Below are positions 1 through 10,130 of a stretch of DNA of 64,000 bases, piece after piece. The notes beneath the pieces were generated by a model. The model saw only the letters and a list, made by a program, of their open reading frames with translations. It searched no databases and was not told where the DNA came from. Each line of letters starts with the position of its first letter. The first letter of the stretch is position 1. A program made the position numbers and the translations under genes. The stretch is taken from the IMG/VR virus record IMGVR_UViG_3300007554_000005, positions 5,379 through 69,378 of that record; one strand, 5' to 3'. The stretch comes from a virus.

Positions 1-245
1 AGCAAGTTCAAGACTTGCTAGATAACGGTGATGAGTCTGCACAGGACTTGAATGACTGGATTCGTGCAAGGCAAAGCTCAGACAATCCTCTGGTAGATGA
101 GGCAGGCACCCCATTTGAGTTTGTATACTTTCATGACATCAAGGTTTACCAGTTAGAAGAAACCAGGGACATTGTTGACTTTGGAACAGCCAGAACTTTT
201 GCAGGTAACAAAATAATTATTGACTATAATTGGCACAAATCGTAA
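1..245 (+). CDS. 3' end of tail-module protein (tail terminator/completion-like), truncated by window start
   Basis: Open frame from the window edge, directly upstream of the major tail gene. Confidence 0.5.
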   Translation, partial: QVQDLLDNGDESAQDLNDWIRARQSSDNPLVDEAGTPFEFVYFHDIKVYQLEETRDIVDFGTARTFAGNKIIIDYNWHKS

Positions 246-262
246 TTATATCATAATCGTCC

Positions 263-277
263 TGTATAATTAGTAAT
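263..277 (+). promoter_or_regulatory. -10 promoter element for major tail gene (GTATAATTAGTAAT, repeated at 1732-1745)
   Basis: TATAAT in intergenic gap; SD GAGGTG before ATG 324. Confidence 0.55.
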
Positions 278-323
278 GAGGAAACACGCCCAATTATTCT
301 AACGAAAATGAGGTGAATAAATT

Positions 324-962
324 ATGGCATATACACGTGGTTCGAGTACCAACATTATCGTTGGTGCCGCATCTTTGTTTACGTACGGTACAACACTAAC
401 CGACGCAGACCTACCAGCCTACACTGCAGCTCAGTCATTCCGCGAGGATCTCTCGGACGACCTTGACTTCACAAACGTAGGTTACACCATGAACGGTTTG
501 GAGCTTCAGTTCCAGCCAGACTTCGGTGAAGTACAGGTTGACCAGGTTCTTGACGTTGCTAAGCTGTACAAGCAGGGCATGCAGGTAAACATGAACACAA
601 CTTTTGCTGAGGCTACTCTAGAGAACTTGCTAGTTGCAATTGCTGCATCTGACAACGACCTATCTTCCCTTACAGGAACTGGCATCGGATCAAACTCTCA
701 GGAGCTATTGATCAACGCTGGTAACTTGGGTGAGTGTCCAGTAGAGCGTGGACTTGTTGCTGTTGGTCCTGGTACAGGTGACTGTGCTCCAACAGAGCAG
801 GTAGAGCGTGTCTACGTTGCATACCGTGCGTTGTCGATTGACAATGTTACAGTTTCTGCAAAGCGTGACGAGGCTTCTATGTTCGACGTATCATTCCGAT
901 TGCTACCAAACGACTCTGGTGCATACGGTAAGATCGTTGACCGCACAATCCCAGCTAGCTAA
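324..962 (+). CDS. major tail tube protein
   Basis: 212 aa, NIIVGAA and VGYTMNGLELQFQPDF motifs typical of actinophage tail tube proteins; precedes chaperones and tape measure; followed by terminator. Confidence 0.8.
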   Translation: MAYTRGSSTNIIVGAASLFTYGTTLTDADLPAYTAAQSFREDLSDDLDFTNVGYTMNGLELQFQPDFGEVQVDQVLDVAKLYKQGMQVNMNTTFAEATLENLLVAIAASDNDLSSLTGTGIGSNSQELLINAGNLGECPVERGLVAVGPGTGDCAPTEQVERVYVAYRALSIDNVTVSAKRDEASMFDVSFRLLPNDSGAYGKIVDRTIPAS

Positions 963-985
963 TAGCTGCAAATATAACTTAATAG

Positions 986-1017
986 AACTGCCCTGGCTAC
1001 GGCTGGGGCAGTTTTTT
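986..1017 (+). terminator. intrinsic terminator
   Basis: AACTGCCCTGGC-TACG-GCTGGGGCAGTT stem followed by T run. Confidence 0.85.
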
Positions 1018-1030
1018 GCTATAATGGAGT

Positions 1031-1711
1031 ATGGCCAATAAAGTGTATGAGAGCTCTACTGTAGAGTTAATTGACGGAACCCAGATTTATATTACCCCAC
1101 TAAAGATATTTTACCTAAGAGATTTTATGTCTAAGTTTTCAGAAATAGAAAATGCATCCACAGAAGATGAAAAGATAGATGTTCTCATTGAGTGCGTTGC
1201 CTTTGCTATGAATCAGTTTAGACCAGAGATAGCATCCCCAGAATTAGTAGCTGATAGTATGGACATAAAAACGATGTATAAGGTTGTAGAAATTGCTGGA
1301 GGAATCTCCTTTTCAGAGAAAGCCGAGAGTGGCTCCAAGCCAGTTGGTGAAGGCTCTGGCTCTAGCTGGGAAGAACTAGATTTAGTTAAGCTAGAATCAA
1401 AAGCATTTTTGTTGGGAATCTGGAAAGACTTCTATGAGCTAGAGACCTCAATCTCCATGCCAGAGCTTATTGCAATATTGGAGTCTAAGAGCGAATCAGA
1501 CTATGCTGATAAGAAGTTTCTTGCAGCTATCCAGGGGGTAGACTTGGAGAAGGATCAAGGTAGACAGGATGAGTGGACAAAGCTAAAGGAAAAGGTGTTC
1601 GGCCCAAAGAAGACAGAGGAGCAGGAAAACGATGTCACGTCACTGACAGGTAAGAAGGCTGCCGATGCTGGATTTGGCATTGGAATGGGGCTTTCCTACG
1701 AGAAACTCTAG
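1031..1711 (+). CDS. tail assembly chaperone, long form (GT-like)
   Basis: Between major tail and tape measure; N-terminal ~95 aa paralogous to 1776-2102. Confidence 0.7.
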   Translation: MANKVYESSTVELIDGTQIYITPLKIFYLRDFMSKFSEIENASTEDEKIDVLIECVAFAMNQFRPEIASPELVADSMDIKTMYKVVEIAGGISFSEKAESGSKPVGEGSGSSWEELDLVKLESKAFLLGIWKDFYELETSISMPELIAILESKSESDYADKKFLAAIQGVDLEKDQGRQDEWTKLKEKVFGPKKTEEQENDVTSLTGKKAADAGFGIGMGLSYEKL

Positions 1712-1775
1712 TAAAAACAAGGCTCTGTATGGTATAATTAGTAATCACAACAAGTGGTAAAAGGAAGAGGAGACA

Positions 1776-2102
1776 ATGGCTACAACCGTTAACGAAAACA
1801 AGGTTCTAAAGCTAATTGATGGGACAGAGATTAACGTTCGCCCGCTAAAGATCTCGTTGCTTCGTGACTTCACAAAGAAGTTCGAGGACATCGCAGATGT
1901 TGCAGACAACAATGAAAAGTCAATGGATATTCTCATGGCTTGTGTCCAGATCGCAATGAAACAGTATAACGCTGATCTTGCAGGAGACATCAAAGCACTA
2001 GAGGATAATATAGATCTACCAACCGTCTATAAGATCATTGAAGAAGCATCTGGCATTAATATGACAGAAGCTTTAGGTGGTAACTCTCTACCTAATAAGT
2101 AG
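1776..2102 (+). CDS. tail assembly chaperone, short form (G-like)
   Basis: LIDGTEINVRPLKISLLRDF matches upstream paralog LIDGTQIYITPLKIFYLRDF; strong SD. Confidence 0.7.
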   Translation: MATTVNENKVLKLIDGTEINVRPLKISLLRDFTKKFEDIADVADNNEKSMDILMACVQIAMKQYNADLAGDIKALEDNIDLPTVYKIIEEASGINMTEALGGNSLPNK

Positions 2103-2124
2103 AACAACACGAGGTGCTTAATGA

Positions 2125-5100
2125 ATGGCTGATATCAGGTCTAATATACAGGTAAATATTGATACCGCTAATGCGTTATCAGCTATCAAAAATCTGCAAG
2201 CTCAGATATCAGCTTTTCATACCAGCATCCGCAATTCTGGAAATGCTGCCAATAAAGCAGTCTCAGACAATCTTACAAAAAATCTTTTAAATTCAGTTAA
2301 TGCCACAAAGCAGTTTTCTGGCAGCTTAACTACGATTAGTGACAGGGCCACTAGCTTCACAAATGCCCTTGAAAAGAACAAGTTTTCCCTAGGCCAATAC
2401 TTCAAGTATGGTGCTGCTACATCTAAGACTTTCAGCAGGGCATTTAGAAAAGAATTTGACACCATTGAGCTTGTGGCACGTGAGCGTGTCAAGACAATGC
2501 AGACACAATTTATCTCTCTTGGTAAAACTGCTAATGGTGCAATCGAGGCAATTAAGGTAAGACCTCTTACACTAGACATGGATAACCTTGGAACACAGGT
2601 TGCTATGACTGCACAGAAGCAGCAAATCTTTAATCAGCTACTTAAGCAGGGATCTACAAATCTTCTAAACTTTGGTAAGAATACACAGTGGGCTGGTCGC
2701 CAGCTCATGGTTGGTTTTACCCTACCACTAGCAGTTCTAGGTTCTTCAGCAATGAAGACATTCCAGGAGATGGAAGAACAGGCTATTAGGTTTAAGCGTG
2801 TGTACGGTGAGCTATTCACAACTGAGGCTGAAACCGAAGCAATGACCAAGGAGCTTCAGAAGCTAGCATCTGAGTTCACAAAGTATGGAGTATCAATTGC
2901 CGATACCATGGGCCTTGCTGCTGACGCAGCTGCCATGGGTAAGATGGGTGCAGACCTAACTGCTCAGGTAGCAGAGGCAACTAGGCTAGCAGTTCTTGGT
3001 GGGGTAGAGCAGGCAGACGCACTTGAGACGACTATCTCTATTACGAATGCCTTTGGTGTTGCTGCAGAAGATCTTGCTGGAAAGATTGACTTCCTAAACG
3101 CAGTAGAAAACCAGACTGTAACTGCTATTGAAGATTTGACAATTGCAATTCCTAAGGCTGGACCAGTTATCCAGCAGCTAGGTGGAAGCGTAGAGGACTT
3201 GGCCTTCTTCCTAACAGCTATGAAGGAAGGTGGCATCAATGCTTCAGAGGGTGCTAACGCACTAAAGTCTGGTCTTGCAAAGATGATCAACCCTACTGCA
3301 AAAGCAACAGAGATGCTCGGTGGCCTTGGCATTAACATTAATGGTATCGTAGAGGGTAATGCAGGAGACATCAAGAGCACCGTAATTCAATTTGCTCAAG
3401 CTTTAGATACATTAGATCCCCTGAACAGGGCCAGAGCAATTGAGGAGCTATTCGGAAAGTTCCAGTTTGCACGTATTTCCACACTATTCCAAAACGTTGT
3501 AGCTGAGGGTAATCAAGCACAAAGAGTTCTACAGCTAACTCAGGCAACCTCACAAGAGCTAGCCATCCTGAGCGAGAGAGAGCTTCAGAGAGTAGAAGAT
3601 TCTCCACTCTACAAGTTCCAGAAGTCAATCGAGGACTTGCAAAAAGCACTAGCTCCAATTGGACAACAGTTTGCCGAGCTTATTACTCCAATCGTAAAGT
3701 TTGCAACAGACCTTTTAGATAAGTTTAATAATCTAAGTAGTGGAGTCAAATCATTTATTACTGGAACTATAGCTACTCTAGGACTTCTTGCACCAGTTGC
3801 CCTAATGGTATTTGGTCTATTGGCCAACGGTGTTGCCAATATCATAAAGGGATTTGGCGTTGTAAGATCCTTGTTTATTGGTGTTTCTCAGGCTGGTACA
3901 GGGCTATCAGCCTCCATGGGATACATGACCCAAGAACACTTAGAGGCAGCAACCTCTGCAAACTCATTGGGTGCAGTACACAGTAACCTAATAAATATCT
4001 TTACTTCTGAGCAGGGTGCCATATCCAACCTCAGAGTAGCATATGAGCAGGCAACAACTGCCATAAATAGATTTAATGTTGCATCTGGAACCAGGGTAGG
4101 CAAGGCACCAAACGGAAAGGGCGGCCTGAAGCTTGCTAGCGGAATTGTATCAGTGCCAGGTCCAAAGGGTGCTGGAGACATTGTCCCTGCCATGCTTTCT
4201 CCAGGAGAAGCAGTTATTCCAGCAGACAAGGTACAGAAGTACAGCTCTCTAATCTCTGGCATGATTGCTGACAATATCCCAGGATTTGAAAGGTCTAACG
4301 TTCAGGTTAAGGGGGCTACTTTAGCTGTAGGCGGAGCAGAGTTCTCGTCCTCTTCGCCAAAAGCAGCAGCAGAGCTTGCAAGGACAATAGATAAATTAAT
4401 TGAGGCCGCAAAGCTTCTGGGTCTAAGTGCTGAAGAGGCAGAGCAGGTAGTCGTTGCGTTAGCAAAACAGACCGAAGCAGAGTCAAAAAATAAGAAGATT
4501 ACAAGCGAGTCTCTTCGTGCACAAGAAGAGAAGCAGATGGGCGGCGGACTAGGCCTTGCAGGAAATAGAACGGTTGGTGTAAGAGAGGCTCTTGAAAAAG
4601 ATAGACTAGTGATGGGCAATGAGGGCGTGACCCTTTCCCACGCAGGCACCCCAGTTCCACTAAGCAATGAGCAGCGTCAGAAGCTAGCTGCCCAGATGTC
4701 TCCAGGAACAAATAGGGATAGAGTTCTTAATATGGGTAAGGGACTTAACGCTTATAGCGAAGAGGTTTTCCCAACACCAGCAATCCTAAACGCCAAGGGT
4801 GGAATTCTTTCAAAGGGACAGGCCGCAGACATCATTAGAGAAAACCCAGCAGGGCTGGCAGCAGATGCTGCTCAAGCAGCAGGCTTAGATCCAAACTCCC
4901 CAGCCTTCAAGCAATTTGGACAAAATGTTGCTGACGAGCTAGCAGCAGATGCAAGTGCAGCCTTTAGCGATATGGACCTTACACCAGCGGTAAACAAGGC
5001 CATCGATAAGATGGAAGACAGTGCTGAAAAGAGAGTGCTGCAAGATCGTAAAAAGACATTCCGTACTCTCGGTGGTGGAAAGGGAGAAAAGAGGTTTGGT

Positions 5101-8100
5101 CTAGCAAAGGATGTGGCCCTAGATATTGGAGATGGCAGAAAGATTGAGGGCGGACCTAACTACATAGATAGAAGAGATAAGAAATCCTCAGAGGCAAGGC
5201 TTGCAGAGCACAAGAAGGCAGACAAGGCAGTTATTGCTCTTGCAAAAGCAAGGATTAAAGAAGCAGAAAAGCAAGGTAAAGCAGAGGGCACTGCAAATGG
5301 AAAGGCATTTGCTAAGGCAAGGAAGCAAGTCCTAAAGAAGGAAAAAGACAGCTACGTAGAAACAAGGGATAGAAAGAGCCCTCACCGATTAGCACCCAAA
5401 GACGGTGCCGACGACGGTAAGGCCTACGGTAAAGCACGCAATAAGGCCCTGTCAGCAGAAGACAAGAAGATAGCTAAACAAGCTGCTGCACAAAAGAGAT
5501 CTGGCAGGGCAGGAAAAGCATTCGGTATTTTGGGAACTGCAACCATGGTCGCTGGCATGGCTACTCAGGTAGGTGGCCCAATAGGAGAGATTGCAGGCAA
5601 GGCTATGCAGATTCTCCCAGCCCTATCAGCAATTGTTCCTGCTCTACTAGCTTTGCCAGCACCGATTGCTATTGCCGTTGGTGCAATTGGACTTCTGGGA
5701 TTCACACTATTTAAGCTACATGAGGGTCAGAAAAAAGCCTCAGAAGCAGGAAGAAAGCTTGCTGACTCGTTGGCTGCAGGTGCTGGTGCCATGGATGACT
5801 TCTCGAAGTTTGCTGGCACGGTAAACCCTACAGAGCTAATGGCCAGAACTAGAACATCACAGTTTGGAGATATTAATGTCAAGACTGGAAAGACAGAGTT
5901 TGGAGAGAACTATCTAGCCTCTGACCCTGGGAAAGAACTTGTAACAAGCGTAGAAGAGGGCATGCTAAAGCTTGGAAAGTCTCCTACAGTATCTAGGGTA
6001 GTAACTCAGCTAGGTCAGGCCGTCGCCAGCAATATTCTGACCAAGGAGCAGGCATCTAATATTGTTTATGCTTTGGGAAACCAGCTCGGAGATAGCACCT
6101 TTGCACTTAGTGTGAACGGCCAGCTTAACGAGCTACTAGGACCAGACGGAGAAAATATCCTGACCCAGGGCCTAGAAATTCAGGTAAGACTAAATGAAAG
6201 GTCTCTCAACTCAGTCATTGGCCCAACTGGTAGCCTAACGCAGCTATTCTCAGAAGGTGGCGGAGCAGAGAGGAACTGGCTTACTGGAATTATTGGTAAC
6301 GTAGACTGGAAGAAGCTTGGAAACCTGGAGGGTCAGGTAGCTGGAGAAATTAATGGTGTAGTTCAGCAAATCGCACTAGGCCTAGACACACTTGACGCAA
6401 GGTACTTAAAGCAAATTCAAGCACTGAAGGATAGCGGAGATCTTACTGGTGCACTTTCAAAGCAGAAAGAGTATGAGGAGGCAAGGGCAAAGCTAATCGC
6501 TTCTAATGAACAGATGAGCAACCAGCTTTTTGGAAGGATTACAGAAATTGAAGAGAGATATGATAAAGCTCTAAAGTCTGGTTACGCTGTAGATGCTGGT
6601 CTTATGACACAGTATCGATCAATCGAAGCAGTCGTAAATCAATCAGAAGAGCTAGCAAAAGCCTTCTTTGACGGAAACGAAGAAGCAAAGAAGCTAATAG
6701 AGACTCTGTCAAACAGCCTTGTTCTCAGTAGTGAAACAAAGCTAGTATTTAATGCAGCCCTGGCTAGTGATACTCTAAGCATTGATGCCGCCAAGGCCAT
6801 CCTTGAGGGTGATCTTAAGTCTACAGAGATTGAGCTAGTAGCAGACATGATGATCAAGTATGGTGCAGGAACTGGTCAGCAGATGGCAAATATTTTGTCT
6901 ATGTTTACTGGAGATGCAAATGCTGCACAAAAGAAATCAGACTTCTTGCTAATGATGGATTCTCAATCAACAGAAGAATTCAATAGGGTTCTCAATCTTC
7001 TAGATATGGTTACTGCATATGAGGGTGCCATCGGCAAGGACGGAAAACTAATCTTTGACGCCTATATGAAGGATCCAAAGAAATTAGAGGCATTGCTAGG
7101 CAAGCTAACAGAGCTTAATGACCTAGCTGATGGAAACAAGCTAGAGTATGACGTAATTATTAACACAGATATTCTAGGGTCAGATGGACTGGCTGCCCTA
7201 AAACAAGATGCAGAATACTTCAAAACACTAGACCCAGTACAGAGATTCCTATACATACAGACCATGCTTACTGTAGAAGGAACCTATTCTAATTCAGATG
7301 TAGACTCATTCCTAGCATCTAAGGGGATAAAGCCAGGCGGCTCATCACTGAGCTATTCTCCAGGAGCTGATCGTGCTATTACTACTGGTAGATATACTGC
7401 AGCCCAGAGAACGCAGGGCATTCTAGATATGATGGCACGAGATGCTCAGAAGATAACGGAAGCAGCAACTACCAACATTGTTACTGGTGAGGAGACGGAG
7501 CCTACGGACACAGGCACTGGATCAAAGAGTGACCCATTCGCAAACATCTTAACTAGGCTAAAGCAAGTTAGGAATGCTGCTATAAACGCTGCAGGTGGCG
7601 TCGCAGAGCTTATGAGAGTTCTTGGCAAGGGGAAAGAGCTAACACTATTTAAGGGAATAAGCCAACAGCTTACATTTGCTGGGTACGGAAAAGAGTTCTC
7701 TTCATACATCTCTGGACTAGACGAAGAGACTAGATCTAAGTTTGTTTCAATTGAAAATGGAGTTGTCAAGGTAACTGCAGCAGGTAAAGCAATGAGCAGG
7801 GCCTTCTCAGAGGCAGCACTTGGAGACTACCAGCTATCACTTGTTCAGGGTGTGTCAGATATCAATAAGCAGATTCAGGCTGTAACCACCCTAACATCCA
7901 GAGGCCTATCCCTTAATGATTCTTATGAAATTGCTAGCGATGCAAACCTTGCCTATGCTATAGCCACAGCTGCTACCACAGAAGAGGTAGACGAGCTAAT
8001 CTTTAGATTCCAAAAATTGCAAGAGGCACAAGAGAAGTGGGCAAACACAACACCAGAGGGAATTGAGCAAGGTCTTTCAAAAGCATTTGCATCTATCAAA

Positions 8101-9471
8101 GAATTCTTTGCAGCCCAGGAAGAGGCTGTCAACCTAGCTTTCCAGTCAGACACCTCATACCTGACGAATGCTACAGATGGTTTAATCACAAAAGCTGCTC
8201 AGGAGATAGAGGACTACCAGTACCTACTCGACGATTTGAACTACGAGCTGGACGGCATAGCTAAGCAAGAAGATGCTATCAACAAGAAATATGACGAAAG
8301 AGTTGAAGCACTTAATAAGGTATACGAGATCAATGCAGACCTAGCAAGCCAAGAAAAGGGTAAGCTAGATATTGCCTCTGCTTTGGCATCTGGTGACATT
8401 GCAGCTGCAGCCAGGGCAATTCAGGAGCAAAGAAGGCAGCAGGCAGAGCAGCAAAGAAAGAAGTCGGAAGCGATTCTTGAGGCATCTCGTCAGAAGGAGC
8501 TAACATCCGTTACCTCTTCAAACAACAGAACCAGGCTTGATATTGAAAACGAGATTAAAGATATTACAGAGAAGATCGCAGTTATTGAAGAAGAAAGACT
8601 GGAACCAAACCAGAAGCTACTCAAGGATGCAGAACGACTCAGAGATGTAAACCTAGAAGCTATTGGTAACGATGGATACTTGAACAAGACCAAGGCCGAG
8701 TGGGCTCTAGTAGAGAATGGAATCAGACTTGCCAAGGTAGAGTCAGAGGGATATTCTACATCGATTTTGGCAGCAATTAGCAACATTGAGAAGCTTAAAG
8801 CACTTTATAATGACCCAGCAACATTTACTGCAAAGTTGCCAGAAGACTTTAACCCAGTTTCCCAAAATCCAACAGCTACAGATTCTGGATCTTCTAGCAC
8901 TTCTGGATCCAGCAGCTCCTCTGGTTCGTCTACAGACCCTGACCCAACTTCATCCAAGGATCCAGGCCCAATGCCTCCATATAATCCAGGTACTGGTAAA
9001 TACTGGAAGCTTAAGAATAACAAATGGACTGCAGCAACTATACCACCAAAGCCAAGCTACACTCCTCTCAATACCTACTGGAAGTTTGACACAGCCAAGG
9101 GACAGTGGACATCGGTAAAGAAGACAACAACCACTACATCTGGCGGCGGCGGAGGAAGTGTAATGTACCGCTCCACTGGTGGAATGGTTCCAAAATACTT
9201 TGCAGCAGGTGGGTATGCTCGGGGAACAGACACAGTCCCAGCAATGCTGACCCCTGGAGAGTTTGTTGTGAGAAAATATGCTGTAGATAAGTTTGGAGCA
9301 GATAACCTCAAAGCAATTAATAGTGGTGCAAACCTAGGTGGAACCATGTATAATAGTTATGAAGTAAATGTCAACGTTAAGTCAGACTCTAACCCAGATC
9401 AAATTGCCAGGGCAGTCATGAATCAGATTAAGCAAGTTGACTCACAAAGACTAAGGAGTAATAGGTTCTAA
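2125..9471 (+). CDS. tape measure protein
   Basis: 2448 aa Ala-rich helical protein, TP901-type core, hydrophobic segments, DTVPAMLTPGEFV motif. Confidence 0.93.
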   Translation: MADIRSNIQVNIDTANALSAIKNLQAQISAFHTSIRNSGNAANKAVSDNLTKNLLNSVNATKQFSGSLTTISDRATSFTNALEKNKFSLGQYFKYGAATSKTFSRAFRKEFDTIELVARERVKTMQTQFISLGKTANGAIEAIKVRPLTLDMDNLGTQVAMTAQKQQIFNQLLKQGSTNLLNFGKNTQWAGRQLMVGFTLPLAVLGSSAMKTFQEMEEQAIRFKRVYGELFTTEAETEAMTKELQKLASEFTKYGVSIADTMGLAADAAAMGKMGADLTAQVAEATRLAVLGGVEQADALETTISITNAFGVAAEDLAGKIDFLNAVENQTVTAIEDLTIAIPKAGPVIQQLGGSVEDLAFFLTAMKEGGINASEGANALKSGLAKMINPTAKATEMLGGLGININGIVEGNAGDIKSTVIQFAQALDTLDPLNRARAIEELFGKFQFARISTLFQNVVAEGNQAQRVLQLTQATSQELAILSERELQRVEDSPLYKFQKSIEDLQKALAPIGQQFAELITPIVKFATDLLDKFNNLSSGVKSFITGTIATLGLLAPVALMVFGLLANGVANIIKGFGVVRSLFIGVSQAGTGLSASMGYMTQEHLEAATSANSLGAVHSNLINIFTSEQGAISNLRVAYEQATTAINRFNVASGTRVGKAPNGKGGLKLASGIVSVPGPKGAGDIVPAMLSPGEAVIPADKVQKYSSLISGMIADNIPGFERSNVQVKGATLAVGGAEFSSSSPKAAAELARTIDKLIEAAKLLGLSAEEAEQVVVALAKQTEAESKNKKITSESLRAQEEKQMGGGLGLAGNRTVGVREALEKDRLVMGNEGVTLSHAGTPVPLSNEQRQKLAAQMSPGTNRDRVLNMGKGLNAYSEEVFPTPAILNAKGGILSKGQAADIIRENPAGLAADAAQAAGLDPNSPAFKQFGQNVADELAADASAAFSDMDLTPAVNKAIDKMEDSAEKRVLQDRKKTFRTLGGGKGEKRFGLAKDVALDIGDGRKIEGGPNYIDRRDKKSSEARLAEHKKADKAVIALAKARIKEAEKQGKAEGTANGKAFAKARKQVLKKEKDSYVETRDRKSPHRLAPKDGADDGKAYGKARNKALSAEDKKIAKQAAAQKRSGRAGKAFGILGTATMVAGMATQVGGPIGEIAGKAMQILPALSAIVPALLALPAPIAIAVGAIGLLGFTLFKLHEGQKKASEAGRKLADSLAAGAGAMDDFSKFAGTVNPTELMARTRTSQFGDINVKTGKTEFGENYLASDPGKELVTSVEEGMLKLGKSPTVSRVVTQLGQAVASNILTKEQASNIVYALGNQLGDSTFALSVNGQLNELLGPDGENILTQGLEIQVRLNERSLNSVIGPTGSLTQLFSEGGGAERNWLTGIIGNVDWKKLGNLEGQVAGEINGVVQQIALGLDTLDARYLKQIQALKDSGDLTGALSKQKEYEEARAKLIASNEQMSNQLFGRITEIEERYDKALKSGYAVDAGLMTQYRSIEAVVNQSEELAKAFFDGNEEAKKLIETLSNSLVLSSETKLVFNAALASDTLSIDAAKAILEGDLKSTEIELVADMMIKYGAGTGQQMANILSMFTGDANAAQKKSDFLLMMDSQSTEEFNRVLNLLDMVTAYEGAIGKDGKLIFDAYMKDPKKLEALLGKLTELNDLADGNKLEYDVIINTDILGSDGLAALKQDAEYFKTLDPVQRFLYIQTMLTVEGTYSNSDVDSFLASKGIKPGGSSLSYSPGADRAITTGRYTAAQRTQGILDMMARDAQKITEAATTNIVTGEETEPTDTGTGSKSDPFANILTRLKQVRNAAINAAGGVAELMRVLGKGKELTLFKGISQQLTFAGYGKEFSSYISGLDEETRSKFVSIENGVVKVTAAGKAMSRAFSEAALGDYQLSLVQGVSDINKQIQAVTTLTSRGLSLNDSYEIASDANLAYAIATAATTEEVDELIFRFQKLQEAQEKWANTTPEGIEQGLSKAFASIKEFFAAQEEAVNLAFQSDTSYLTNATDGLITKAAQEIEDYQYLLDDLNYELDGIAKQEDAINKKYDERVEALNKVYEINADLASQEKGKLDIASALASGDIAAAARAIQEQRRQQAEQQRKKSEAILEASRQKELTSVTSSNNRTRLDIENEIKDITEKIAVIEEERLEPNQKLLKDAERLRDVNLEAIGNDGYLNKTKAEWALVENGIRLAKVESEGYSTSILAAISNIEKLKALYNDPATFTAKLPEDFNPVSQNPTATDSGSSSTSGSSSSSGSSTDPDPTSSKDPGPMPPYNPGTGKYWKLKNNKWTAATIPPKPSYTPLNTYWKFDTAKGQWTSVKKTTTTTSGGGGGSVMYRSTGGMVPKYFAAGGYARGTDTVPAMLTPGEFVVRKYAVDKFGADNLKAINSGANLGGTMYNSYEVNVNVKSDSNPDQIARAVMNQIKQVDSQRLRSNRF

Positions 9472-10130
9472 TGGCAACAGCACTATACATGAGCCAAAGG
9501 CAAAAATACTCACGCCCTCAAGCACTGCTATTCTCCGAAAATCCTGGAACAATTGATTTTGTAGACCAGGGTACTGAAAATGAGCAAGTCCTATATGCTC
9601 CAGAAGGATATGAGGTAGGAGCCTTATTGCCAGAGGGAGAAGACCTGTCCCTAGCCGACCAGTTTGTAATTTTATCCGATCACAATAGAAGTGGGTTGGA
9701 TTTCTCAACTAATAGAATTGAAAGCCGTGAAAGAATGGTAAACGGCAGAATGCGTTCTTACCATATTGCAGACAAGCTGGAGCTATCAGTTTCTTGGGAC
9801 ATGCTTCCATCTAGATCCTTTCCTGGCAGACCAGACTTTGACACCCTTGGGATAGCCCCATACTCAAAAACTGAAGAGTACACAGCCGACAACGGTGCAG
9901 GTGGCGTAGAACTAATGGACTGGTATAATAAGCACACTGATCCATTCTGGGTGTTTATATCTTACGATAATTACAAGAGCTATGGATCAATTCCAGCTGC
10001 GTATAATCAGCTAGGAAGATATAGTCAGGTAGTAGAGATGTTCATCTCTAGCTTTGACTATAGCGTGGTAAAGCGTGGAAACGGCACCTATGACTTCTGG
10101 AACATAAGCATGAGACTTGAAGAGGTCTAA
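9471..10130 (+). CDS. minor tail protein (distal-tail-like)
   Basis: Directly after TMP; RERMVNGRMRSY and C-terminal WNISMRLEEV typical of distal tail proteins. Confidence 0.6.
   Translation: MATALYMSQRQKYSRPQALLFSENPGTIDFVDQGTENEQVLYAPEGYEVGALLPEGEDLSLADQFVILSDHNRSGLDFSTNRIESRERMVNGRMRSYHIADKLELSVSWDMLPSRSFPGRPDFDTLGIAPYSKTEEYTADNGAGGVELMDWYNKHTDPFWVFISYDNYKSYGSIPAAYNQLGRYSQVVEMFISSFDYSVVKRGNGTYDFWNISMRLEEV

Noticed and set aside
1031-2102. Programmed -1 frameshift between the tail chaperones
   Set aside because: The ORFs do not overlap, are separated by a promoter and SD, and are paralogs in long-then-short order
8880-8935. Ser/Gly-rich low-complexity tract in the TMP (also poly-Ser near 14490)
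   Set aside because: Protein linker with mixed codons, not a DNA repeat element
2217-9347. Many minus-strand ORFs antisense to the tape measure and other genes
   Set aside because: Shadow ORFs caused by + strand codon bias; no motifs or initiation signals
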